Source: Curvularia clavata (lineage: Eukaryota). Taken from it: a stretch of DNA of 64,000 bases. Below, piece by piece: positions 23,998-35,696 of the stretch. The notes beneath the pieces were generated by a model, which worked only from the letters and a program-made list of their open reading frames with translations, did not search any database and was not told where the DNA came from. The stretch covers positions 744,001-808,000 of the forward strand of contig CP089275.1 in the NCBI GenBank assembly GCA_023920165.1, written 5' to 3'. Position 1 is the first letter of the stretch; each line of letters opens with the position of its first letter. Position numbers and translations under genes: made by a program.

Positions 23998-25381
23998 TCA
24001 CTTCATGAGTGCATCAAAGACAGAAGCCTTACCAGAGTCTAGCTCCAAAACGTCCTGCACCTCTTGATCGATGCTCTCCAAGTACTTCTTCTCGTCCCAC
24101 TGCGGTTTCCAGCCTAGCTCAAACGGCTTCTCAGTAACAATATCCCCGCTCGACGTCCCCATGGCACGGATGAATTGCCTCGGAAACCCATACTCATCTG
24201 CGGCCTGCTCGTAGCTGGGCCAGATTTCCACATTGGGTGAATTGACTAGGCCGCGCGCGTGCATTACTTTGGCGAGAATATCCATGGTTTTGTGCCAGGG
24301 GATTCGGTGTGCGAACGGGAAATAGTAGCCATTTTCGTTAGCGGGTGGAGTTTCGCCTAGGAGGATTTTGGCGACTAGGAGTTTATAGAGGGAGACCAGG
24401 TCGGAGATGTGAGCTGCTGTTGGGGCCTAGGAAGTTGTTAAGAGATGTCTTGGGGATAGGTGGTGGAGGGGGCTGGGAGGAGGTGGTAGATTTACTGCGT
24501 CTTCAGGGAACTTGTAGACTTGCTTCATCCGCATGCTGGTGCGGATGTATTGCGGAATGGAGACGGAGAGTTTGCGCCAGTTGCCAGTGCCACGGCCGTC
24601 TGTAGTAGAGTTAGCTGAGAGCATATAAAGCATCATTCCATGATACATACAGACTGAGGGGGCTGGGAGTATGAAGCTCTTGACGCCTAGTGCTTTCGAT
24701 TGTTCCACAATCAAGATGTCCGTCTGCGAAAGTACTTGTTAGTAAATAGGTCATGGCCATCACTGGAAAGGAGTTGCTTGCCAGTCGCACTGGATGCGCA
24801 TCGCCAATACCCTTTTCTTTGGCAAAAATTTCCGTATCACTGTCTTTGCATTGGCCGTAATGCCAACCACCCATATCGGTAAATGCAGTCAATACTCCAG
24901 TCTACATCAGACTGTTAGTGAATGAGAATTCGAGTTCCATGTCTGACTCGCCTGAATGAAGTACACTTCCTGGCTGCTTTGTTTGCGGCGCTCACCAAGT
25001 GCCTCCAGTAGGTTCTGTGAGTAACTTGCGACCATGGAGCTTGCCGCGTGGATGACCATATCGACTCATGTGAGTTAGTCAAACGATGTTATACAGTGGG
25101 AGTGTTGCTCACTGTGATTGTTCAAAATGACGTCCTTTACAGCCTCAAGGTCACCACAATCAAGCTGCAACATCTCTAACCCTGGGACTGATGCACTCTT
25201 GGCTTGTCCTTTGCTGCGGACGGCTGCGTAGATTTTCGCGTCTTTGATCGGGCCGTCCTTTTGAGTTGCAAACTCGGTCGCGAGGGATCCTCCACTGAAA
25301 TAAGTCAGCATGTCCAATGATGAATTATAGATCAACGTACATATAGCCCCCTGCTCCTGTGATGAGGATGTTACGGATCAT
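23998..25381 (-). CDS. NAD(P)-binding Rossmann-fold protein (atypical SDR / NAD-dependent epimerase-like), multi-exon
   Basis: MIRNILITGAGGY|IGGSL glycine-rich motif split by an intron; downstream exons include YFIQ|..SAFT, P.V.GRGTG.W, HISDL..LY, GYYF, LGWKP. Confidence 0.85.
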
Positions 25382-25735
25382 TGCGTTAGTCTCTGTTGTT
25401 CGAGTGTGAGAGGAGGGACTGGTTGTTTTTGGGCATTCAAGTCTTGACCTACACTACTACTTATAGTCTGGGCTCCCATTGTATTACCAATCTCTCTTCA
25501 TTCATCAGATAGGTCGAGATCCTAGGATCATGCTGGAAATCCGCGCACTTGCGTTGTGGACGTGGTAGTCGTGGCATCCATAAGTACGGACCAATCAGGA
25601 GCCTCGATTCTAGTGGGACGGATTACCGCGGGTGTCCGCTCCGTATTGTCGGCGCATCTACGCGCCCAACGATGCGAAACCACAGGGCCGCTTCATCTGA
25701 ATCTCGTGTGCAACGGTTAAGTCATTCCTCTCACA

Positions 25736-28040
25736 ATGGGAAGTGACGAAGCGGACGTGTCACCGCTGCAGAGCGGCCGTATCTACCGTCGTTCGGTAAG
25801 CACCACAATCGTGCCACCCTTAATACTGCTTCCTGGCAGGAGCTGACTATCCCAGTGTGATCGATGTCGCCATCGGAAGGTTAGCGCTCTACAATTAGGT
25901 GTATGCAAAAGCCAAGGGCATGCTGAGACGTCTAGATCGCTTGCGACAGGGCCTCTCCGTGTTCTAATTGTGTAACCGCTCGACTTAAATGCACGCACAG
26001 TGCTGTGGCACCCCATGTAACGCCGTCGAAGCAGAGAATCCTAATAACGCCGCAATAGTGAGTTCATAATGAAAATTCCTATTTAGAATCTCTAACCAAT
26101 CATAGTGAGCGCAAGATAGATGATATCTTGAATGGCATTGAGAGCATCACGCGACTCCTGCAGGGCAAAATCTCTTTCCAGCGCCAATCTCAACTGGGCG
26201 CACCGCAGTCTGCTAGTAGTTCTCATCCCGCCTCAGAGTATGGTTCCGATCATGTATGGGACCATTCTACTGAGGTAGTGGATTTTGTAAAGGCTGTTGT
26301 AGCAGAGAGTGAATCCTCGCTGGGGACTCTGGCTGCGGAGGATGCGGTGCACTCGTTGAAACAGGCTCTCAGCTCTCTAGGCAACTCTGAAGGTTTGCGC
26401 AAGTTACCATGCCCTGACATAGGTATCTCAAGATCTCAGTCTAGCCCTGTCCTCCCCCCGGTAGACGTGGTTCTTGTGGTCTTGAGATGGAGTCAAAGTA
26501 TCCTCTTCCCACACGCCTTCGTAATACCAAACTGATACCTTGTTCCAGAGCATTCACACTTTTCAAGAATACGCTGGATCTCTCGGATACTACCTCTCCA
26601 GAAATTCACAGATATCTGTCGCAATGTATGCTTTCCAGTTTCTGACTATGGCGAAGTCGACTTCATCCTCGCAAATGGTTATCTTTCACATGTATTCTCT
26701 GAATACATAATCATTACTGGATATTCAGAATATCGCAAATACTACGATATTTGTCGTATGACCTTTCAAAATGCAGTCGCGCGCTTACCACTCCTCCTGC
26801 CGACAACCGTGGAAGTCATTGCTGCGCTGGCCCTTGGGGTATGCTTAAGCCACGAACTTCATGCATCTCTCGCTGACCATCCAAGGCATTCACTGCAATA
26901 GAGAATTCTAAGGGCAATTTAGCGTGGAAATTCCTCTCGGCCGCTGTAAACCTCTGCCAAAGCCTAGGTTGCCATCGTTCTCAACTAATGCATTCAAACA
27001 ATGGGGCCGACTCTTCCTCGACCTCTTCCCTCTTCTGGACAATTTACATCATGGAGAAAGGTCTCTCACTTCGACTTGGTAGAGCCTCGCATATCCGGGA
27101 TGAAGATATAACACTCGCTTGGGAGTCAGATCCACTAGATATCAGGGCCGCAAGAATACAAGGAAAAGTCTATGATCAGCTGTATAGTCCTTGCGGACTA
27201 TCTAGAACACAGAACGAGCGAGTTGTTATAGCACAGTCACTTGTGAAAGAGCTGCGAAGCCTCATCGACGAAGCAGACGCAGAGATCGTAGTGAGCTTCT
27301 CGTAACCCAAATCCTTCTCATCTAACATGCTTCTATTAGTCATCAACCCAAATTTACTCTACAGATACGGATATTGATCCTATGCATGTACTATACCTTC
27401 GGTGTCATCTGCTTTGTCACTATTCGCTACTGGCAATGCTCTTGCGAGCCATCCCGGTTCCTCATGGCTCGTATACTGTTTCAGATGAGTGCGTCGGCGT
27501 CGCACGTCACTGCCTGGACATCCATCTGAAATGCATAACGCACATACGCAGCTGCAATAGCGACCCAATTTTGCTTGCCCAGTATATCAATTGGTAAGCC
27601 GTATTCTACTTGCGTCACACTTTCAAGATGATACTGATGTTTACAGGCCAATCGTACACATGCCATTTGTTCCATTCATCATCCTCGTAACGCACGCGGT
27701 GCAGTCTTCGGATTTGGATGACATTGCCCTGCTAGAGACTTTCGTAGAGTCTCTGAAACCTTCAGTCATTCCCACTACATCCACGCATCCATACCGACTC
27801 TATGGGCTCCTATGCCAGATTGCACGGTCATCAATAGAGTCCCCATCTGCAGTAGACTCCATGATGAATGAGGAATCGTCTGCCACTTTCGAAAACGTTG
27901 ACCTTCCAGCCTACTTAGGTATCATAAACGAGCAAACCCTTGGCTCTGAGACACCATTTGATAATCTCAGTGGGTGGTACTACAACAACCAGCATTTGAT
28001 GAGTCTGTTCGACGGCGACGCATCACTAGAAGGCTTCTAA
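25736..28040 (+). CDS. Zn(II)2Cys6 transcription factor with fungal TF middle-homology domain, multi-exon
   Basis: Spliced cluster RRS|CDRCRHRK|IACDRASPCSNCVTARLKC; middle region LFWTIYIMEKGLSLRLGRASHIRDEDI; multiple canonical introns. Confidence 0.88.
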
Positions 28041-28414
28041 GGGACGGGCCAGCGGTGAACCGACTTGAGTTTTCACAGGCTACAGAACAAGTTCGATTTG
28101 TGTTCAAACGATGCTTTGTCATGGAAGAGTTGCAAATGGCATGTTATTGCAGGAGGGTAGAACCTAACACTTTTAATTAGGTTCTAAACGTATAGCAGGA
28201 GATACTATAGATTGAGAGGTTTCTATAATCTAAGTTATAGCTATGATAACCAAAATCAGTCTGCTAAATCAACATGGATTTTGAATTTTAGAAGAGAACG
28301 TTAAGGGAAAGGGATTGGTAGGTTTTGCACGTTTAAATACTGCAACCCGAGCCCGCTAAGCTTGGCGACGAATTTGCCAGACCCAGACTATGTCCTGATG
28401 GCCCTGGCGATGGT

Positions 28415-28760
28415 GATAAGATAAGATGAGCACGAGACCAGATGAGCACGAGACCAGATGAGCACCATCCTTTAGCCAGCGTTATTACGCGAGCGCTGCA
28501 CGTAAAAGTACAGATATAACTACTAAAGACTAAACAATATAACTCTCTATGTATTACAGCAGACTTTCAAAAAGAAACGAACCGAAAAAGTTAGTAGTTT
28601 AGAACTGCTATAATTATTACTATTCGGTATTTAGTAAAACTACATATATTGTAGGAAACCTTTCCTTCCAGACTTTATAAGTCGATCGCTGCAAGCGCTT
28701 TTTGGATAGCTATTATAGTATTAGTGGCGTTGTTGCTTGTCAAATGTAGGGGTAGGGGTT
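28415..28760 (-). mobile_element. Internally deleted pogo-like relic / MITE with subterminal 16-bp tandem repeats
   Basis: GATGAGCACGAGACCA x2.5 at 28425-28465 after GATAAGATAAG; TpA-rich interior; minus strand IAIQKALAAIDL*SLEGKVSY resembles a pogo transposase start; second TIR not found. Confidence 0.4.
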
Positions 28761-29233
28761 AATCACTTGGCGATGCAGGGGCCTGTTGCATTGACTGAAC
28801 TGTTGCACGCACGGACCACCTACACTGGGTGGCTTAAAACCGACGCTAATGAGTCCACACTGGTTAATATCGACTAATTACAGCTGCTTAAGTGGAGCCA
28901 TTGGTCATGTTATCGTAACACTAATGCTAAAATAAGAAGGAGCTCATCTAGCATACGGAGTACAAGCCTTGTCAACAACCCCAATCCGAGGCTTATCTTT
29001 CTTAGTCGTTTGCTTGGACACGGTTGGTTTTTTCCAATGCATCGCATACGCGAACCGCGAAATGACCGAGTTGAGCAATCTAAACTGCATAGGGTAGGTT
29101 GAAATTAGCGTGCAGGGACTGAGGTCGACTGCGGGTGCGGTATAAAGATGCTATATTTTCCGCTGTTCATTACCTCTTCATCCGCTTTCGCTTCGGACTA
29201 CCTTGGCTCAAGACAATACTAGTTGCGGCAATA

Positions 29234-31063
29234 ATGGCCCCTGTGCTTTCATTCATCGTTGGCTCGCTGTTGGCTGTGAGTGCCTTCGCCAAGCCATTTG
29301 AGAAGCTGTTCGATGTTCCCGAGGGTGAGCTATATTTTAAACCAAGTTTCGGTTTATGCTAATGATCACCAGGATGGAAGCTTCAAGGCCCGGCATCGGA
29401 TACACAAACGCTCAAGCTGCAGATCGCGCTCCAGCAAGGCGATACTGCGGGCTTTGAGCAGACCGTCATAGATATCTCCACTCCCTCTAACCCAAAGTAC
29501 GGACAGCACTTTGAGTCCCATGAGGAAATGAAGCGTATGCTTATGCCCAGCGAGGAAACCATTTCTTCTGTCTCCTCATGGCTCAAGTCTGCCGGTATCA
29601 AGGAATTCGAGATAGATGCTGACTGGGTGACTTTCAAGACCACCGTCGGTGTTGCCAATGAGCTGCTCGAAACCAAGTTCTCCTGGTTCGTCAGCGAGGA
29701 AGGCACACCTCGTAAAGTCCTCCGCACACTCGAGTATTCAGTTCCCAACGAGATTGCGGACCACATCAATCTCGTTCAACCGACCACTCGGTTTGCTGCT
29801 GTTCGTGCGAACCACGAGACGGAGCGTGAGATCTATGGAATCGCGCTCGCCTCTTCTCCTAATGTCACTGTCAACTGTGATGCCTCCATCACTCCCCAGT
29901 GCCTGAAGCAGCTCTACAAGATCGATTACACCCCGGACCCCAAGAGTGGTAGTAAGGCTGCTTTTGCTTCCTACCTTGAGGAGTACGCTCGTTACAGCGA
30001 CCTCGCCCTGTTCGAGAAAAATATTCTTCCCGAGGCCGTGGGCCAGAACTTCTCCGTTGTTCAATTCAACGGTGGTTTGAATGACCAGAACTCCAGCGAC
30101 GACAGTGGCGAAGCCAACTTGGATTTGCAGTACATGCTTGGTCTTGCTCAGCCCCTGCCTATTACTGAGTACAGCACGGGTGGACGTGGCCCATGGGTTG
30201 CTGATCTCGATCAGCCTGATGAGGCCGATAGCGCCAACGAGCCTTACCTCGAGTTTCTTCAGTCGGTGCTCAAGCTCCCACAGAAAGACCTTCCCCAGGT
30301 TATTTCAACCTCATACGGCGAGAATGAGCAAAGTGTGCCCAAATCTTACGCCCTGAGCGTTTGCAACCTCTTTGCTCAGCTTGGTAGCCGTGGTGTCTCC
30401 GTCATCTTCTCATCTGGTGACTCGGGTACCGGCTCCGCCTGTCTCTCCAACGACGGCAAAAACACTACCAAGTTCCAGCCTCAGTACCCTGCTGCCTGCC
30501 CATTCGTCACTTCTGTCGGCTCAACTCGTTACCTTAACGAGACTGCTACTTTCTTCTCTTCCGGTGGCTTCTCTGACTACTGGAAGCGGCCCAGCTACCA
30601 AGACGACGCTGTAAAGGCGTACTTCCACCAACTTGGTCAGAAGAATAAGCCATACTTCAACCGCCATGGTCGCGGATTTCCCGACGTCTCTGCACAAGGT
30701 TTTGGATACAGGGTTTACGACAAAGGCTCTCTCAAGGGATACCAGGGTACTTCGTGCTCCGCCCCTGCATTTGGCGGTATCATCGCTCTTCTCAATGATG
30801 CGCGCCTGAGGGCCAAGAAGCCTGCCCTTGGTTTTTTGAACCCCCTGCTGTACTCTAACCCTGATGCGCTCAACGACGTCACTCTGGGAGGTAGCACGGG
30901 GTGCGACGGGCATGCGCGCTTTCACGGCGATCCTAACGGTAGCCCTGTCATTCCGTATGCGAGCTGGAACGCTACTACGGGATGGGACCCGGTTTCTGGA
31001 CTGGGTACCCCAAATTTCCCCAAGTTACTCAAGGCTGCTATGCCTGCTAGATACAGGGCTTAG
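29234..31063 (+). CDS. Secreted S53 sedolisin / tripeptidyl-peptidase
   Basis: Signal peptide, pro-domain ([11 protein letters not shown]), catalytic motifs EANLD, SSGDSG and GTSCSAP, C-terminal [11 protein letters not shown]; intron 29324-29373. Confidence 0.95.
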
Positions 31064-31777
31064 AGGGACAGTATGAATTTAGAAGTAGACGTAAAGTAAT
31101 AAACAAACTGTAACGGGATACAGGTATGCCTGGTATATACACACTGTCCACCTTTCAATGGCTTCTAAAGGCAGTAATATCACACTTTATCGTAGGAACT
31201 TCCTGCCTAGTATACGTCTGGCGTGGCTTTCTGCGGGGATGAAATCGACAGTTGGAATAGAGAGACTTGGTTGAAGGAGCTACTGAGGATGACGCATAAT
31301 CAATAGTTATCCGCATATACTCGAGCTGACATGTAGAACAACTTTAGATGTAGAAACCACTGCATCTCTGTAACTTGAGTTGGAATCTCGAGTCTGATTG
31401 TTGTTCTTAAACTTTATATACATATACCCCAATTACTGTAGCGGCGCGGGGAAGACTACTCAAATCAGTATCGGCGGTAGTGTCACTCCGAGGCATATAG
31501 GAGTGCCCGTACCATCTGGATTGTCTAGAAATTATTGTCTTGGCGTGGTCACGCTTAGCACTATGACCATCCGCCAAGCCATTATGGGAGGCATTGTTTA
31601 GCCGGATCCAAAGATATGATCCTGGTAGGATCTATGAAGTTTGTTGTCGACAAGGAAACGGAGACGTAGCTCATACAGCCATGCTAGACCGCTACAAATG
31701 CTGCGTTTCGTTCTTCACTTCTTGCTCGCATCTATCGTTTAACTTAACCCACTATCGCTCAGTCACACAGTTCCAGT

Positions 31778-32490
31778 ATGAGAGTCTTTCTGTTCTTCTT
31801 TATCTGTTGTCTCTCAGCTGTCATCTCTGGTGGTGGATACCAGGAATGTCTAGGACGCATTATGACGTTCTGAGCATATCGAATCGATGACCTTAACGAC
31901 GCTGCTTCGCAAACCATGGGTTTCAGGCGTAGAACCTGGGACAATACCGCCTACATATGCAATGGGCAATGGCAGATGTCCGAGTGGGCTTCACGCAGAT
32001 GCGACTTCGATGAATGGATGTCTAATTACAAAAGAGCTCCAAAACCTAAGGGATGGGCAGTATACCAGTCTGGCTCAAATAACCAACGGTTGGATATCGA
32101 CGCGACTGCAAAGATCTGCTATGACTATTTTGTCACAAACGCCCAAGGTAAAACGAAGGAAGTCCCTAGTACAAATCCTTATTTTGTTCATAAGACCGGA
32201 TACCAGAGTTACAACGACCAGGTCGACTATGTCTCGAAACTGGTTGGAAAAGCCTCCTATGATAAAAGAACGCCTCAGAATCAACACTTATGAGATGATT
32301 TCGACGATGTAGTCAAGAAGGTTGTGGTTGTGCGAGCTGGAGACCATGGTCCGTATCTGATCCAGGAAGCAAAAAACAATTTGCCCGGTATAACCATTGA
32401 GATGGAGACTCTTGGAACACATCTTGACGACAACAGCATTTCATGAGAGACAGTAGATTGTGATTTGACCCAGGACGAGGCTTAAAAAAA
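31778..32490 (+). pseudogene. Secreted effector-like protein pseudogene
   Basis: Signal peptide MRVFLFFFICCLSAVISG then GGYQECLGR..*AYRIDDLN...CDFDEW...RAGDHG in one frame with in-frame TGA stops at 31871, 32291 and 32444. Confidence 0.7.
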
Positions 32491-32815
32491 GGTGTCACTG
32501 AGGTGAATGCGAAGATCGCTGATATGCTGGATGCCTTCTACGGGCCAAAAATGGAACATTAGAATCGCAATGGAATTCCTTTCAGTAATCAATACCTTTA
32601 AGCTAGTTGAGTAAAGAAGCACAAGCTTTCGGTAGTGAACGAGGTGCCATGTCTCAAATGTCAACAATCTCACTCCTGTGTTGAAGCTATGTAGCTTTGA
32701 AACACCTACATACACATTTAGACAATCTTCATCCGCTAACTCTCGACAAATCCTCGTGCGTACATAGATGAAACTTCTGAAAGAGAATAATACAAAGATT
32801 GCACATATCCCCAGT

Positions 32816-33481
32816 CTATTTGATGATCACTCCGTGACAATACAAATCGTTTGTTCCATTTTGTCTCCTTTCTTCCCCTGCGATGCGATCGTACTTGACC
32901 TCCAAGTCCATGAGCTTTATCCCCTCACCCTCCTTTGCGTCGATGACCAGAACGTTTCGCGTTCCGCAAGGCCAGTGATAGAACGATGACGCCCCATGCC
33001 TGTCCTCCATATCGCAATCTTCACAGATAACTACTTGGATCTCAGAGGCATTTATAAAGTATCGGAGTTCTTCGTGCCCGGTGCTCATAGACCACCATTC
33101 CTCGGTATTATCACGTTCAAATCTCAGTCTCTTGATCATTTGTGCAACGGGCTTGAAAATCGAAAAAAAGATATCACCAATCGAAACTTCATCGATATCT
33201 AGATTCAACCATACATAAAGTCGTTCTGAGTCTTCTGGAGGGTCAAGGAGGATAGCTAAGTCAGAGTAGCAACGCTGATACAGTCCAGCGTTTCGCGATT
33301 CTCGACACGTCTGTAGTAGTGCTGGTATATGTATAGATGAGTACATGATCCACTCTGTACCGCGCCCGTAAGTATAAGACTCTCGACACCGAATCTCAAC
33401 AACTCGAGGCTAGACATTCATGTGCCATATTCGAAGACGAGGTTCCGTAGGGAGTCGAGGAAATGGGTGGAACGTAGCCAT
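32816..33481 (-). pseudogene. 2EXR-family protein with a premature stop
   Basis: MATFHPFPRLPTEPRLRIW...*PRVVE...PALLQTCRESR...WLNLDIDEV; TAG at 33412-33410 is in frame with ORF 32816-33346. Confidence 0.8.
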
Positions 33482-34063
33482 GCTGTACTGAAGACTCCAG
33501 TTGCTCTAGCAATACGTAGGAGCTCGACGTATGGGTGAAATGAGATGAATATTAAGAATTGTCCTCGTGTGGAAGCGATTCTTAAGCTGGGAGGCAACCG
33601 GCCGTCAAGAGTAAATTTTCTTCGCAAAGCGGGAAACTCACCCTACGCCTACCTGACTAGCAAGCGTCAGTGTTCACCTCCCATTCCTGGAATGGCTTTG
33701 GACCCTGAGGGTACGTGCGCAAGCTCCAGATCATATGACCAGGGAAGGAGAAGTTACAAATTTATCCTAGTATACGGACCGTTTTCACCCGCAACTTAAA
33801 CTCTACCTCAAACCCTAACATACTCAGTAAAGATATAGCCGAAGGAAAACCTAAGAGCACTAGTCCTTTGGCCGGTACGGATGCAAGTGTGTATTGCCGT
33901 TTCGTTGAAAACGAGATATCTGTTTATTCAACTACCATGAAGTTTAGTGAGTACATACTGACTTCTTCACAGCTTAAGCCGTTGTTTGGTTTTGCATTGT
34001 GCAAAAACTTTTCTTCTTTTTTGTTGAAGCAGAAATAGCTGCCTCATCTCACTGCTATTCGCT

Positions 34064-34738
34064 ATGAAGTTTTCATATCTCGTTTCGTCCGTTAGCCTGG
34101 TTGATAGGGTTGTTTCTATCCGCACGCCAACTCGTTATAAGGATCCGGAGCCCGCTAAGGACTGTGTCGAATGGCTAATTTCGTCAAATGGAACCCTACT
34201 ATGGAGAAGATTGCACGGGCATGTGGACGGAAGTCAACGTTTGTGCCGGAGTTGTTGGCGACTCAACCTCAAATACACCCTCGCCAACCACGAGTGCTGG
34301 TAACGGCGTCCAAAATCCTCGGCCCACAACCTGCGCCAAATTTTACTAGGTAGCTTCTAGGGTTGTTTGCAGCTAGATCACCAGCTATCAAAAGATTATA
34401 CTTGCTCACTTTGTTAAATGGAACCCTACTGTTGGCAATTACTGCAGCAGTCCTCAAAGCAATACAAATGTATGCGAGGCCTTATTGGGGGTACACCCAC
34501 TACGATCAAGCCAACTACAACCACTTCAGCTGGAAATGGCGTCCAAACACCACAGCCTACACAGCCGGGGATGGCCAACAGCTGTAAGAAGTTCCACTGG
34601 GTTGCTGAAGGCGTGACTTGCACTCAGATTATTAGCTATAACAAAATCACTCTTCAGGATTTTGTCGGATGTAATGCCAGGGTGGACTCAGATTGCAGAT
34701 CCATGTGGGCGAACACGAATGTATGCGTTGGTGTATGA
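34064..34738 (+). pseudogene. Multi-LysM secreted effector pseudogene (frameshifted/deleted)
   Basis: Three degenerate repeats in different frames: NFVKWNPT, ITLAHFVKWNPTVGNYCSS, and TPQPTQPGMANSCKKFHWVAEGVTCTQIISYNKITLQDF...C.SMWANTNVCVGV (fungal LysM); signal-like start MKFSYLVSSVSL. Confidence 0.8.
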
Positions 34739-35696
34739 GAGGGCTTGCGGAAAAATTCATTTGGTTTTACAGAACTTTCTCCCACTCCCAAAACTCAACT
34801 ACTGATATCAACTATCTAGCGAGCTTAGCGATCGATCCTCGCTGCTAATAATAATATTTCTTTTGGCAAGCTAGTAATATGAGCTTTTCAATTCATGTAC
34901 CAACCTATGTGCAGCACATCTCGGAAATCTTTTGGTCTGCATACCAACATTAGATGGCATCGCGTCTGCTTCGAGCCGTAATATCGCTCAATCTAGATTT
35001 GTTAAGTATAAATTTAAGGTCCATGACCATGTCGGAAATAGCAGGTGGAGATCAATCGAAACTTGTTAGATAGACGGGCAGTCAGCTTCTCTTCTCGCTA
35101 AAAATATTGACTCTTAACGAAGACTTGTTTAGTATTTTCATGGATATTTGCTCATATTTCTATAGGTATAAAATTATATTTTATAAATTTCTTAAACCTC
35201 CTTACTATCGTCTTTCCCAGTTTCAATACAACTATTGGTTAGGTGTCTTTCACCGTCGTATATTAGTTAGACGCTAGTCAGCACCATTCTAGCCCTAGCT
35301 AAATATACTACACTCTTCATTACAATATGAGTTCTCCATACTTATAAATGTTTTAGCGAATAATTATAGCAAGAAGTAGTAACCAAAGAATAAAGAGGGG
35401 AGACAGCAGGCTAAGTGGCGCATGTGGCAGCCAAGTCAGCGTACAGGTGACATGGATGGTAGCTGAGTGATGCTTTGGGCCTGTGGCCTTATGGTTGTTG
35501 ACCAATGTTATTTTTTATACAGAATACAACCCCTGAGAAGTTATGCTGTATAGGCTGGCGACAATTTCGTAGCTTTTAGCTTCTGTGACAAAATACTGTA
35601 TACCTGTTCATGAACCTCTACAATTTTAGAGCGCTATTGTTCTGCTATGTTGTACAGCTTTCGAGTCATCTTCTCCAATGCTACAGGTTGATAGGT

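Noticed and set aside
28425..28465. Short direct repeats as a CRISPR array
   Set aside because: Eukaryotic context, no spacers, only 2.5 units
29738..30925. Several antisense/alternate-frame ORFs within the sedolisin gene
   Set aside because: Shadows produced by codon bias; no independent coding signal
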